From: Camelus dromedarius
Lineage: Eukaryota
Direction: 5' to 3'
DNA length: 64,000 nt
Assembly (NCBI RefSeq): GCF_036321535.1
Contig: NC_087436.1
Location: forward strand, 1,116,001 to 1,180,000
Shown here: positions 25,401-38,925 of the stretch, in pieces
Layout: the number at the start of each line of letters is the position of its first letter
Position numbering within the stretch: position 1 is the stretch's first letter
The notes under the pieces: generated by a model
Told to the model about the DNA's origin: nothing
The model's input: the letters and a program-made list of their open reading frames with translations, nothing else
The model's database searches: none
Made by a program: the position numbers and the translations under genes

Positions 25401-28400
25401 TATATGTATGGAATGGAGTTTGCAACTGAAAAGAAACTTTGTGTTCCCAACAAGCTAGGTGAAGGACGGCTTTCACACACACTTATCTCTCAGAACTGAG
25501 CAAGTGGAGAGACGTTTGTTCATCTAGCACCAAGGGAACGGGTTGCAGGAGACACTTTTTCTCTGTTTTCTCAGTCTGTTTCCTAGTGCCGATTTGAAGT
25601 TCCTGCAGTTTTCACTGTAAAACCGAGTTGGAGCTTGTACCTCCCCATATATATGTATGGAATGGAGTTTGCAACTGAAAAGAAACTTTGTGTTCCCAAC
25701 AATCTAGGTGAAGGACGGCTTTCACACACACTTATCTCTCAGAACAGAGCAAGTGGAGAGACGTTCGTTCATCTAGCACCAACGGAACGGGTTGCAGGAG
25801 ACACTTTTTCTCTGCTTTCTCAGTCTGTTTCCTAGTGCCGGTTTGAAGTTCCTGCAGTTTTCACTGTCAAACCGAGTTGGAGCTAGTACCTCCCCATATA
25901 TATGTATGGAATGGAGTTTGCAACTGAAAAGAAACTTTGTGTTCCCAACAAGCTAGGTGAAGGACGGCTTTCACACACATTTATCTCTCAGAACTGAGCA
26001 AGTGGAGAGACGTTCGTTCATGTAGCACCAAGGGAACGGGTTGTAGGAGACACTTTTTCTCTGCTTTCTCAGTCTGTTTCCTAGTGCCGGTTAGAAGTTC
26101 CTGCAGTTTTCACTGTCAAACCGAGTTGGAGCTAGTACCTCCCCATATATATGTATGGAATGGAGTTTGCAACTGAAAAGAAACTTTGTGTTCCCAACAA
26201 GCTAGGTGAAGGACGGCTTTCACACACACTTATCTCTCAGAACTGAGCAAGTGGAGAGACGTTCGTTCATCTAGCACCAAGGGAACGGGTTGCAGGTGAC
26301 ACTTTTTCTCTGCTTTCTCAGTCTATTTCCTAGTGCCGGTTTGAAGTTCCTGCAGTTTTCACTGTCAAACCGAGTTGGAGCTAGTACCTCCCCTTATATA
26401 TGTATGGAATGGAGTTGGCAAGTGAAAAGAAACTTTGTGTTCCCAACAAGCTAGTTGAAGGACGGCTTTCACACACACTTATCTCTCAGAACTTAGCAAG
26501 TGGAGAGACGTTCTTTCATGTAGCACCAAGGGAACGGGTTGCAGGAGACACTTTTTCTCTGTTTTCTCAGTCTGTTTCCTAGTGCCGGTTTGAAGTTCCT
26601 GCAGGTTTCACTGTGAAACCGAGTTGGAGCTAGTACCTCCCCATATATATGTATGGAATGGAGTTTGCAACTGAAAAGAAACTTTGTGTTCCCAACAAGC
26701 TAGTTGAAGGACGGCTTTCACACACACATATCTCTCAGAACTGAGAAAGTGGAGAGACGTTCGTTCATCCAGCACCAAGGGAACGGGTTGCAGGAGACAC
26801 GTTTTCTCTGCTTTCTCAGTCTGTTTCCTAGTGCCGGTTTGAAGTTCCTGCAGTTATCACTGTAAAACCGAGTTGGAGCTTGTACCTCCCCATATATATG
26901 TATGGAATGGAGTTTGCAACTGAAAAGAAACTTTGTGTTCCCAACAAGCTAGGTGAAGGACGGCTTTCAAACACACTTATCTCTCAGAACTGAGCAAGTG
27001 GAAAGACGTTCGTTCATCTAGCACCAAGGGAACGGGTTGCATGAGACACTTTTTCTCTGCTTCCTCAGTCTGTTTCCTAGTGCCGGTTTGAAGTTCGTGC
27101 AGTTTTCACTGTAAAACCGAGTTGGAGCTTGTACCTCCCCATATATATGTATGGAATGGAGTTTGCAACTGAAAAGAAACTTTGTGTTCCCAACAAGCTT
27201 GGTGAAGGACGGCTTTCACACACACTTATCTCTCAGAACTGAGCAAGTGGAGAGACGTTCGTTCATCCAGCACCAAGGGAACGGGTTGCAGGAGACACGT
27301 TTTCTCTGCTTTCTCAGTCTGTTTCCTAGTGCCTGTTTGAAGTTCCTGCAGTTATCACTGTAAAACCGATTTGGAGCTTGTACCTCCCCATATATATGTA
27401 TGGAATGGAGTTTGCAACTGAAAAGAAACTTTGTGTTCCCAAAAAGCTAGGTGAAGGACGGCTTTCACACACACTTATCTCTCAGAACTGAGCAACTGGA
27501 GAGACGTTCGTTCATCTAGCACCAAGGGAATGGGTTGCAGGAGACACTTTTTCTCTGTTTTCTCAGTCTGTTTCCTAGTGCCGGTTTGAAGTTCCTGCAG
27601 TTTTCACTGTGAAACCGAGTTGGAGCTAGTACCTCCCCATATATATGTATGGAATGGAGTTTGCAACTGAAAAGAAACTTTGTGTTCCCAACAAGCTAGT
27701 TGAAGGACGGCTTTCACACACACATATCTCTCAGAACTGAGAAAGTGGAGAGACGTTCGTTCATCCAGCACCAAGGGAACGGGTTGCAGGAGACACGTTT
27801 TCTCTGCTTTCTCAGTCTGTTTCCTAGTGCCGGTTTGAAGTTCCTGCAGTTATCACTGTAAAACCGAGTTGGAGCTTGTACCTCCCCATATATATGTATG
27901 GAATGGAGTTTGCAACTGCAAAGAAACTTTGTGTTCCCAACAAGCTAGGTGAAGGACGGCTTTCAAACACACTTATCTCTCAGAACTGAGCAAGTGGAGA
28001 GACGTTCGTTCATCTAGCACCAAGGGAACGGGTTGCAGGAGACACTTTCTCTCTGCTTCCTCAGTCTGTTTCCTAGTGCCGGTTTGAAGTTCCTGCAGTT
28101 TTCACTGTAAAACCGATTTGGAGCTTCTACCTCCCCATATATATGTATGGAATGGAGTTTGCAACTGAAAAGAAACTTTGTGTTCCCAACAAGCTAAGTG
28201 AAGGACGGCTTTCACACACACTTATCTCTCAGAACAGAGCAAGTGGAGAGACGTTCGTTCATCCAGCACCAAGGGAACGGGTTGCAGGAGACACTTTTTC
28301 TCTGCTTCCTCAGTCTGTTTCCTAGTGCCGGTTTGAAGTTCCTGCAGTTTTCACTGTAAAACCGAGTTGGAGCTTCTACCTCCCCATATATATGTATGGA

Positions 28401-31400
28401 ATGGAGTTTGCAACTGAAAAGAAACTTTGTGTTCCCAACAAGCTAGGTGAAGGACGGCTTTCACACACACTTATCTCTCAGAACTGAGCAAGTGGAGAGA
28501 CGTTTGTTCATCTAGCACCAAGGGAACGGGATGCAGGAGACACTTTTTCTCTGTTTTCTCAGTCTGTTTCCTAGTGCCGATTTGAAGTTCCTGCAGTTTT
28601 CACTGTAAAACCGAGTTGGAGCTTGTACCTCCCCATATATATGTATGGAATGGAGTTTGCAACTGAAAAGAAACTTTGTGTTCCCAACAATCTAGGTGAA
28701 GGACGGCTTTCACACACACTTATCTCTCAGAACAGAGCAAGTGGAGAGACGTTCGTTCATCTAGCACCAACGGAACGGGTTGCAGGAGACACTTTTTCTC
28801 TGCTTTATCAGTCTGTTTCCTAGTGCCGGTTTGAAGTTCCTGCAGTTTTCACTGTCAAACCGAGTTGGAGCTAGTACCTCCCCATATATATGTATGGAAT
28901 GGAGTTTGCAACTGAAAAGAAACTTTGTGTTCCCAACAAGCTAGGTGAAGGACGGCTTTCACACACATTTATCTCTCAGAACTGAGCAAGTGGAGAGACG
29001 TTCGTTCATGTAGCACCAAGGGAACGGGTTGTAGGAGACACTATTTCTCTGCTTTCTCAGTCTGTTTCCTAGTGCCGGTTAGAAGTTCCTGCAGTTTTCA
29101 CTGTCAAACCGAGTTGGAGCTAGTACCTCCCCATATATATGTATGGAATGGAGTTTGCAACTGAAAAGAAACTTTGTGTTCCCAACAAGCTAGGTGAAGG
29201 ACGGCTTTCACACACACTTATCTCTCAGAACTGAGCAAGTGGAGAGACGTTCGTTCATCTAGCACCAAGGGAACGGGTTGCAGGTGACACTTTTTCTCTG
29301 CTTTCTCAGTCTATTTCCTAGTGCCGGTTTGAAGTTCCTGCAGTTTTCACTGTCAAACCGAGTTGGAGCTAGTACCTCCCCTTATATATGTATGGAATGG
29401 AGTTGGCAAGTGAAAAGAAACTTTGTGTTCCCAACAAGCTAGTTGAAGGACGGCTTTCACACACACTTATCTCTCAGAACTTAGCAAGTGGAGAGACGTT
29501 CTTTCATGTAGCACCAAGGGAACGGGTTGCAGGAGACACTTTTTCTCTGCTTTCTCAGTCTGTTTCCTAGTGCCGGTTTGAAGTTCCTGCAGTTTTCACT
29601 GTAAAACCGTGTTGGAGCTTGTACCTCCCCATATATATGTATGGAATGGAGTTTGCAACTGAAAAGAAACTTTGTGTTCCCAACAAGCTAGGTGAAGGAC
29701 GGCTTTCACACACACTTATCTCTCAGAACTGATCAAGTGGAGAGACGTTCGTTCATCTAGCACCAAGGGAACGGGTTGCAGGAGACACTTTTTCTCTGCT
29801 TTCTCAGTCTGTTTCCTAGTGCCGGTTTGAAGTTCCTGCAGTTTTCACTGTCAAACAGAGTTGGAGCTAGTACCTCCCCATATATATGTATGGATTGGAG
29901 TTTGCAACTGAAAAGAAACTTTGTGTTCACAACAAGCTAGGTGAAGGACGGCTTCCACACACACTTATCTCTCAGAACTGATCAAGTGGAGAGACGTTCG
30001 TTCATCTAGCACCAATGGAACGGGTTGCAGGAGACACTTTTTCTCTGCTTTCTCAGTCTGTTTCCTAGTGCCGGTTTGAAGTTCCTGCAGTTTTCACTGT
30101 AAAACCGAGTTGGAGCTTCTACCTCCCCATATATATGTATGGAATGGAGTTTGCAACTGAAAAGAAACTTTGTGTTCCCAACAAGCTAGGTGAAGGACGG
30201 CTTTCACACACACTTATCTCTCAGAACAGAGCAAGTGGAGAGACGTTCGTTCATCTAGCACCAAGGGAACGGGTTGCAGGAGACACTTTTTCTCTGCTTT
30301 CTCAGTCTGTTTCCTAGTGCCGGTTTGAAGTTCCTGCAGTTTTCACTGTAAAACCGAGTTGGAGCTTCTACCTCCCCATATATATGTATGGAATGGAGTT
30401 TGCAACTGAAAAGAAACTTTGTGTTCCCAACAAGCTAGGTGAAGGACGGCTTTCACACACACTTATCTCTCAGAACAGAGCAAGTGGAGAGACGTTCGTT
30501 CATCTAGCACCAAGGGAACGGGTTGCAGGAGACACTTTTTCTCTGCTTTCTCAGTCTGTTTCCTAGTGCCGGTTTGAAGTTCCTGCAGTTTTCACTGTAA
30601 AACCGAGTTGGAGCTTGTACCTCCCCATATATATGTATGGAATGTAGTTTGCAACTGAAAAGAAACTTTGTGTTCCCAACAAGCTAGGTGAAGGACGGCT
30701 TTCACACACACTTATCTCTCAGAACAGAGCAAGTGGAGAGACGGTCGTTCATCTAGCACCAAGGGAACTGGTTGCAGGAGACACTTTTTCTCTGCTTTCT
30801 CATTCTGTTTCCTAGTGCCGGTTTGAAGTTCCTGCAGTTTTCACTGTAAAACCGTGTTGGAGCTTGTACCTCACCATATATATGTATGGAATGGAGTTTG
30901 CAACTGAAAAGAAACTTTGTGTTCCCAACAAGCTAGGTGAAGGACGGCTTTCACACACACTTATCTCTCAGAACTGATCAAGTGGAGAGACGTTCGTTCC
31001 TCTAGCACCAAGGGAACGGGTTGCAGGAGACACTTTTTCTCTGCTTTCTCAGTCTGTTTCCTAGTGCCGGTTTGAAGTTCCTGCAGTTTTCACTGTAAAA
31101 CCGAGTTGGAGCTTGTACCTCCCCATATATATGTATGGAATGGAGTTTGCAACTGAAAAGAAACTTTGTGTTCCCAACAAGCTAGCTGAAGGACGGCTTT
31201 CACACACACTTATCTCTCAGAACAGAGCAAGTGGAGAGACGTTCGTTCATCTAGCACCAAGGGAACTGGTTGCAGGAGACACTTTTTCTCTGCTTTCTCA
31301 TTCTGTTTCCTAGTGCCGGTTTGAAGTTCCTGCAGTTTTCACTGTAAAACCGAGTTGGAGCTTCTACCTCCCCATATATATGTATGGAATGGAGTTTGCA

Positions 31401-34400
31401 ACTGAAAAGAAACTTTGTGTTCCCAACAAGCTAGGTGAAGGACGGCTTTCACACACACTTATCTCTCAGAACTGAGCAAGTGGAGAGACGTTCGTTCATC
31501 TAGCACCAAGGGAACGGGTTGCAGGAGACACTTTTTCTCTGCTTTCTCAGTCTGTTTCCTAGTGCCGGTTTGAAGTTCGTGCAGTTTTCACTGTCAAACC
31601 GAGATGGAGCTTGTACCTCCCCATATATATGTATGGAATGGAGTTTGCAACTGAAAAGAAACTTTGTGTTCCCAACAAGCTAGGTGAAGGACGGCTTTCA
31701 CACACACTTATCTCTCAGAACTGAGCAAGTGGAGAGACGTTCGTTCATCCAGCACCAAGGGAACGGGTTGCAGGAGACACGTTTTCTCTGCTTTCTCAGT
31801 CTGTTTCCTAGTGCCGGTTTGAAGTTCCTGCAGTTATCACTGTAAAACCGAGTTGGAGCTTGTACCTCCCCATATATATGTATGGAATGGTGTTTGCAAC
31901 TGAAAAGAAACTTTGTGTTCCCAAAAATCTAGGTGAAGGACGGCTTTCACACACACTTATCTCTCAGAACAGAGCAAGTGGAGAGACGTTCGTTCATCTA
32001 GCACCAAGGGAACGGGTTGCAGGAGACACTTTTTCTCTGCTTTCTCAGTCTGTTTCCTAGTGCCGGTTTGAAGTTCCTGCAGTTTTCACTGTGAAACCGA
32101 GTTGGAGCTAGTACCTCCCCATATATATGTATGGAATGGAGTTTGAAACTGAAAAGAAACTTTGTGTTCCCAACAAGCTAGTTGAAGGACGGCTTTCACA
32201 CACACATATCTCTCAGAACTGAGCAAGCGGAGAGACGTTCGTTCATCTAGCACCAAGAGAACGGGTTGCATGAGACACTTTTTCTCTGCTTCCTCAGTCT
32301 GTTTCCTAGTGCCGGTTTGAAGTTCGTGCAGTTTTCACTGTAAAACCGAGTTGGAGCTTGTACCTCCCCATATATATGTATGGAATGGAGTTTGCAACTG
32401 AAAAGAAACTTTGTGTTCCCAACAAGCTTGGTGAAGGACGGCTTTCACACACACTTATCTCTCAGAACTGAGCAAGTGGAGAGACGTTCGTTCATCCAGC
32501 ACCAAGGGAACGGGTTGCAGGAGACACGTTTTCTCTGCTTTCTCAGTCTGTTTCCTAGTGCCTGTTTGAAGTTCCTGCAGTTATCACTGTAAAACCGATT
32601 TGGAGCTTGTACCTCCCCATATATATGTATGGAATGGAGTTTGCAACTGAAAAGAAACTTTGTGTTCCCAAAAAGCTAGGTGAAGGACGGCTTTCACACA
32701 CACTTATCTCTCAGAACTGAGCAACTGGAGAGACGTTCGTTCATCTAGCACCAAGGGAACGGGTTGCAGGAGACACTTTTTCTCTGTTTTCTCAGTCTGT
32801 TTCCTAGTGCCGGTTTGAAGTTCCTGCAGTTTTCACTGTGAAAACGAGTTGGAGCTAGTACCTCCCCATATATATGTATGGAATGGAGTTTGCAACTGAA
32901 AAGAAACTTTGTGTTCCCAACAAGCTAGTTGAAGGACGGCTTTCACACAGACATATCTCTCAGAACTGAGAAAGTGGAGAGACGTTCGTTCATCCAGCAC
33001 CAAGGGAACGGGTTGCAGGAGACACGTTTTCTCTGCTTTCTCAGTCTGTTTCCTAGTGCCGGTTTGAAGTTCCTGCAGTTATCACTGTAAAACCGAGTTG
33101 GAGCTTGTACCTCCCCATATATATGTATGGAATGGAGTTTGCAACTGAAAAGAAACTTTGTGTTCCCAACAAGCTAGGTGAAGGACGGCTTTCAAACACA
33201 CTTATCTCTCAGAACTGAGCAAGTGGAGAGACGTTCGTTCATCTAGCACCAAGGGAACGGGTTGCAGGAGACACTTTCTCTCTGCTTCCTCAGTCTGTTT
33301 CCTAGTGCCGGTTTGAAGTTCCTGCAGTTTTCACTGTAAAACCGATTTGGAGCTTCTACCTCCCCATATATATGTATGGAATGGAGTTTGCAACTGAAAA
33401 GAAACTTTGTGTTCCCAACAAGCTAAGTGAAGGACGGCTTTCACACACACTTATCTCTCAGAACAGAGCAAGTGGAGAGACGTTCGTTCATCTAGCACCA
33501 AGGGAACGGGTTGCAGGAGACACTTTTTCTCTGCTTCCTCAGTCTGTTTCCTAGTGCCGGTTTGAAGTTCCTGCAGTTTTCACTGTAAAACCGAGTTGGA
33601 GCTTGTACCTCCCCATATATATGTATGGAATGGAGTTTGCAACTGAAAAGAAACTTTGTGTTCCCAACAAGCTAGGTGAAGGACGGCTTTCACACACACT
33701 TATCTCTCAGAACTGAGCAAGTGGAGAGACGTTTGTTCATCTAGCACCAAGGGAACGGGTTGCAGGAGACACTTTTTCTCTGTTTTCTCAGTCTGTTTCC
33801 TAGTGCCGATTTGAAGTTCCTGCAGTTTTCACTGTAAAACCGAGTTGGAGCTTGTACCTCCCCATATATATGTATGGAATGGAGTTTGCAACTGAAAAGA
33901 AACTTTGTGTTCCCAACAATCTAGGTGAAGGACGGCTTTCACACACACTTATCTCTCAGAACAGAGCAAGTGGAGAGACGTTCGTTCATCTAGCACCAAC
34001 GGAACGGGTTGCAGGAGACACTTTTTCTCTGCTTTCTCAGTCTGTTTCCTAGTGCCGGTTTGAAGTTCCTGCAGTTTTCACTGTCAAACCGAGTTGGAGC
34101 TAGTACCTCCCCATATATATGTATGGAATGGAGTTTGCAACTGAAAAGAAACTTTGTGTTCCCAACAAGCTAGGTGAAGGACGGCTTTCACACACATTTA
34201 TCTCTCAGAACTGAGCAAGTGGAGAGACGTTCGTTCATGTAGCACCAAGGGAACGGGTTGTAGGAGACACTTTTTCTCTGCTTTCTCAGTCTGTTTCCTA
34301 GTGCCGGTTAGAAGTTCCTGCAGTTTTCACTGTCAAACCGAGTTGGAGCTAGTACCTCCCCATATATATGTATGGAATGGAGTTTGCAACTGAAAAGAAA

Positions 34401-37400
34401 CTTTGTGTTCCCAACAAGCTAGGTGAAGGACGGCTTTCACACACACTTATCTCTCAGAACTGAGCAAGTGGAGAGACGTTCGTTCATCTAGCACCAAGGG
34501 AACGGGTTGCAGGTGACACTTTTTCTCTGCTTTCTCAGTCTATTTCCTAGTGCCGGTTTGAAGTTCCTGCAGTTTTCACTGTCAAACCGAGTTGGAGCTA
34601 GTACCTCCCCTTATATATGTATGGAATGGAGTTGGCAAGTGAAAAGAAACTTTGTGTTCCCAACAAGCTAGTTGAAGGACGGCTTTCACACACACTTATC
34701 TCTCAGAACTTAGCAAGTGGAGAGACGTTCTTTCATGTAGCACCAAGGGAACGGGTTGCAGGAGACACTTTTTCTCTGTTTTCTCAGTCTGTTTCCTAGT
34801 GCCGGTTTGAAGTTCCTGCAGGTTTCACTGTGAAACCGAGTTGGAGCTAGTACCTCCCCATATATATGTATGGAATGGAGTTTGCAACTGAAAAGAAACT
34901 TTGTGTTCCCAACAAGCTAGTTGAAGGACGGCTTTCACACACACATATCTCTCAGAACTGAGAAAGTGGAGAGACGTTCGTTCATCCAGCACCAAGGGAA
35001 CGGGTTGCAGGAGACACGTTTTCTCTGCTTTCTCAGTCTGTTTCCTAGTGCCGGTTTGAAGTTCCTGCAGTTATCACTGTAAAACCGAGTTGGAGCTTGT
35101 ACCTCCCCATATATATGTATGGAATGGAGTTTGCAACTGAAAAGAAACTTTGTGTTCCCAACAAGCTAGGTGAAGGACGGCTTTCAAACACACTTATCTC
35201 TCAGAACTGAGCAAGTGGAAAGACGTTCGTTCATCTAGCACCAAGGGAACGGGTTGCATGAGACACTTTTTCTCTGCTTCCTCAGTCTGTTTCCTAGTGC
35301 CGGTTTGAAGTTCGTGCAGTTTTCACTGTAAAACCGAGTTGGAGCTTGTACCTCCCCATATATATGTATGGAATGGAGTTTGCAACTGAAAAGAAACTTT
35401 GTGTTCCCAACAAGCTTGGTGAAGGACGGCTTTCACACACACTTATCTCTCAGAACTGAGCAAGTGGAGAGACGTTCGTTCATCCAGCACCAAGGGAACG
35501 GGTTGCAGGAGACACGTTTTCTCTGCTTTCTCAGTCTGTTTCCTAGTGCCTGTTTGAAGTTCCTGCAGTTATCACTGTAAAACCGATTTGGAGCTTGTAC
35601 CTCCCCATATATATGTATGGAATGGAGTTTGCAACTGAAAAGAAACTTTGTGTTCCCAAAAAGCTAGGTGAAGGACGGCTTTCACACACACTTATCTCTC
35701 AGAACTGAGCAACTGGAGAGACGTTCGTTCATCTAGCACCAAGGGAATGGGTTGCAGGAGACACTTTTTCTCTGTTTTCTCAGTCTGTTTCCTAGTGCCG
35801 GTTTGAAGTTCCTGCAGTTTTCACTGTGAAACCGAGTTGGAGCTAGTACCTCCCCATATATATGTATGGAATGGAGTTTGCAACTGAAAAGAAACTTTGT
35901 GTTCCCAACAAGCTAGTTGAAGGACGGCTTTCACACACACATATCTCTCAGAACTGAGAAAGTGGAGAGACGTTCGTTCATCCAGCACCAAGGGAACGGG
36001 TTGCAGGAGACACGTTTTCTCTGCTTTCTCAGTCTGTTTCCTAGTGCCGGTTTGAAGTTCCTGCAGTTATCACTGTAAAACCGAGTTGGAGCTTGTACCT
36101 CCCCATATATATGTATGGAATGGAGTTTGCAACTGCAAAGAAACTTTGTGTTCCCAACAAGCTAGGTGAAGGACGGCTTTCAAACACACTTATCTCTCAG
36201 AACTGAGCAAGTGGAGAGACGTTCGTTCATCTAGCACCAAGGGAACGGGTTGCAGGAGACACTTTCTCTCTGCTTCCTCAGTCTGTTTCCTAGTGCCGGT
36301 TTGAAGTTCCTGCAGTTTTCACTGTAAAACCGATTTGGAGCTTCTACCTCCCCATATATATGTATGGAATGGAGTTTGCAACTGAAAAGAAACTTTGTGT
36401 TCCCAACAAGCTAAGTGAAGGACGGCTTTCACACACACTTATCTCTCAGAACAGAGCAAGTGGAGAGACGTTCGTTCATCCAGCACCAAGGGAACGGGTT
36501 GCAGGAGACACTTTTTCTCTGCTTCCTCAGTCTGTTTCCTAGTGCCGGTTTGAAGTTCCTGCAGTTTTCACTGTAAAACCGAGTTGGAGCTTCTACCTCC
36601 CCATATATATGTATGGAATGGAGTTTGCAACTGAAAAGAAACTTTGTGTTCCCAACAAGCTAGGTGAAGGACGGCTTTCACACACACTTATCTCTCAGAA
36701 CTGAGCAAGTGGAGAGACGTTTGTTCATCTAGCACCAAGGGAACGGGATGCAGGAGACACTTTTTCTCTGTTTTCTCAGTCTGTTTCCTAGTGCCGATTT
36801 GAAGTTCCTGCAGTTTTCACTGTAAAACCGAGTTGGAGCTTGTACCTCCCCATATATATGTATGGAATGGAGTTTGCAACTGAAAAGAAACTTTGTGTTC
36901 CCAACAATCTAGGTGAAGGACGGCTTTCACACACACTTATCTCTCAGAACAGAGCAAGTGGAGAGACGTTCGTTCATCTAGCACCAACGGAACGGGTTGC
37001 AGGAGACACTTTTTCTCTGCTTTATCAGTCTGTTTCCTAGTGCCGGTTTGAAGTTCCTGCAGTTTTCACTGTCAAACCGAGTTGGAGCTAGTACCTCCCC
37101 ATATATATGTATGGAATGGAGTTTGCAACTGAAAAGAAACTTTGTGTTCCCAACAAGCTAGGTGAAGGACGGCTTTCACACACATTTATCTCTCAGAACT
37201 GAGCAAGTGGAGAGACGTTCGTTCATGTAGCACCAAGGGAACGGGTTGTAGGAGACACTATTTCTCTGCTTTCTCAGTCTGTTTCCTAGTGCCGGTTAGA
37301 AGTTCCTGCAGTTTTCACTGTCAAACCGAGTTGGAGCTAGTACCTCCCCATATATATGTATGGAATGGAGTTTGCAACTGAAAAGAAACTTTGTGTTCCC

Positions 37401-38925
37401 AACAAGCTAGGTGAAGGACGGCTTTCACACACACTTATCTCTCAGAACTGAGCAAGTGGAGAGACGTTCGTTCATCTAGCACCAAGGGAACGGGTTGCAG
37501 GTGACACTTTTTCTCTGCTTTCTCAGTCTATTTCCTAGTGCCGGTTTGAAGTTCCTGCAGTTTTCACTGTCAAACCGAGTTGGAGCTAGTACCTCCCCTT
37601 ATATATGTATGGAATGGAGTTGGCAAGTGAAAAGAAACTTTGTGTTCCCAACAAGCTAGTTGAAGGACGGCTTTCACACACACTTATCTCTCAGAACTTA
37701 GCAAGTGGAGAGACGTTCTTTCATGTAGCACCAAGGGAACGGGTTGCAGGAGACACTTTTTCTCTGCTTTCTCAGTCTGTTTCCTAGTGCCGGTTTGAAG
37801 TTCCTGCAGTTTTCACTGTAAAACCGTGTTGGAGCTTGTACCTCCCCATATATATGTATGGAATGGAGTTTGCAACTGAAAAGAAACTTTGTGTTCCCAA
37901 CAAGCTAGGTGAAGGACGGCTTTCACACACACTTATCTCTCAGAACTGATCAAGTGGAGAGACGTTCGTTCATCTAGCACCAAGGGAACGGGTTGCAGGA
38001 GACACTTTTTCTCTGCTTTCTCAGTCTGTTTCCTAGTGCCGGTTTGAAGTTCCTGCAGTTTTCACTGTCAAACAGAGTTGGAGCTAGTACCTCCCCATAT
38101 ATATGTATGGATTGGAGTTTGCAACTGAAAAGAAACTTTGTGTTCACAACAAGCTAGGTGAAGGACGGCTTCCACACACACTTATCTCTCAGAACTGATC
38201 AAGTGGAGAGACGTTCGTTCATCTAGCACCAATGGAACGGGTTGCAGGAGACACTTTTTCTCTGCTTTCTCAGTCTGTTTCCTAGTGCCGGTTTGAAGTT
38301 CCTGCAGTTTTCACTGTAAAACCGAGTTGGAGCTTCTACCTCCCCATATATATGTATGGAATGGAGTTTGCAACTGAAAAGAAACTTTGTGTTCCCAACA
38401 AGCTAGGTGAAGGACGGCTTTCACACACACTTATCTCTCAGAACAGAGCAAGTGGAGAGACGTTCGTTCATCTAGCACCAAGGGAACGGGTTGCAGGAGA
38501 CACTTTTTCTCTGCTTTCTCAGTCTGTTTCCTAGTGCCGGTTTGAAGTTCCTGCAGTTTTCACTGTAAAACCGAGTTGGAGCTTCTACCTCCCCATATAT
38601 ATGTATGGAATGGAGTTTGCAACTGAAAAGAAACTTTGTGTTCCCAACAAGCTAGGTGAAGGACGGCTTTCACACACACTTATCTCTCAGAACAGAGCAA
38701 GTGGAGAGACGTTCGTTCATCTAGCACCAAGGGAACGGGTTGCAGGAGACACTTTTTCTCTGCTTTCTCAGTCTGTTTCCTAGTGCCGGTTTGAAGTTCC
38801 TGCAGTTTTCACTGTAAAACCGAGTTGGAGCTTGTACCTCCCCATATATATGTATGGAATGTAGTTTGCAACTGAAAAGAAACTTTGTGTTCCCAACAAG
38901 CTAGGTGAAGGACGGCTTTCACACA
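22490..38925. repeat. Near-identical higher-order tandem duplication, 2 x 33 monomers (8217 bp)
   Basis: The ORF pattern repeats at +8217 (23643/31860, 23869/32086, 26400/34617, 28623/36840, 30384/38601). Private markers are shared: gacggtcg, cctcacc, gagatgg, aagcggag, cagacata, gcaggtttc, actgcaaag, ctttatca, ggattgg, atgtagttt. Confidence 0.95.
24050..29540. repeat. 12-monomer-offset (2988 bp) duplication nested inside the 33-mer (repeated at ~32270-37760)
   Basis: ORF pairs: 24163/27151, 25155/28143, 25635/28623, 26400/29388, and 32380/35368 in the second copy. Shared markers: gcctgttt, accgattt, caactgg, ctaagtg, ccaacgg. Confidence 0.9.
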
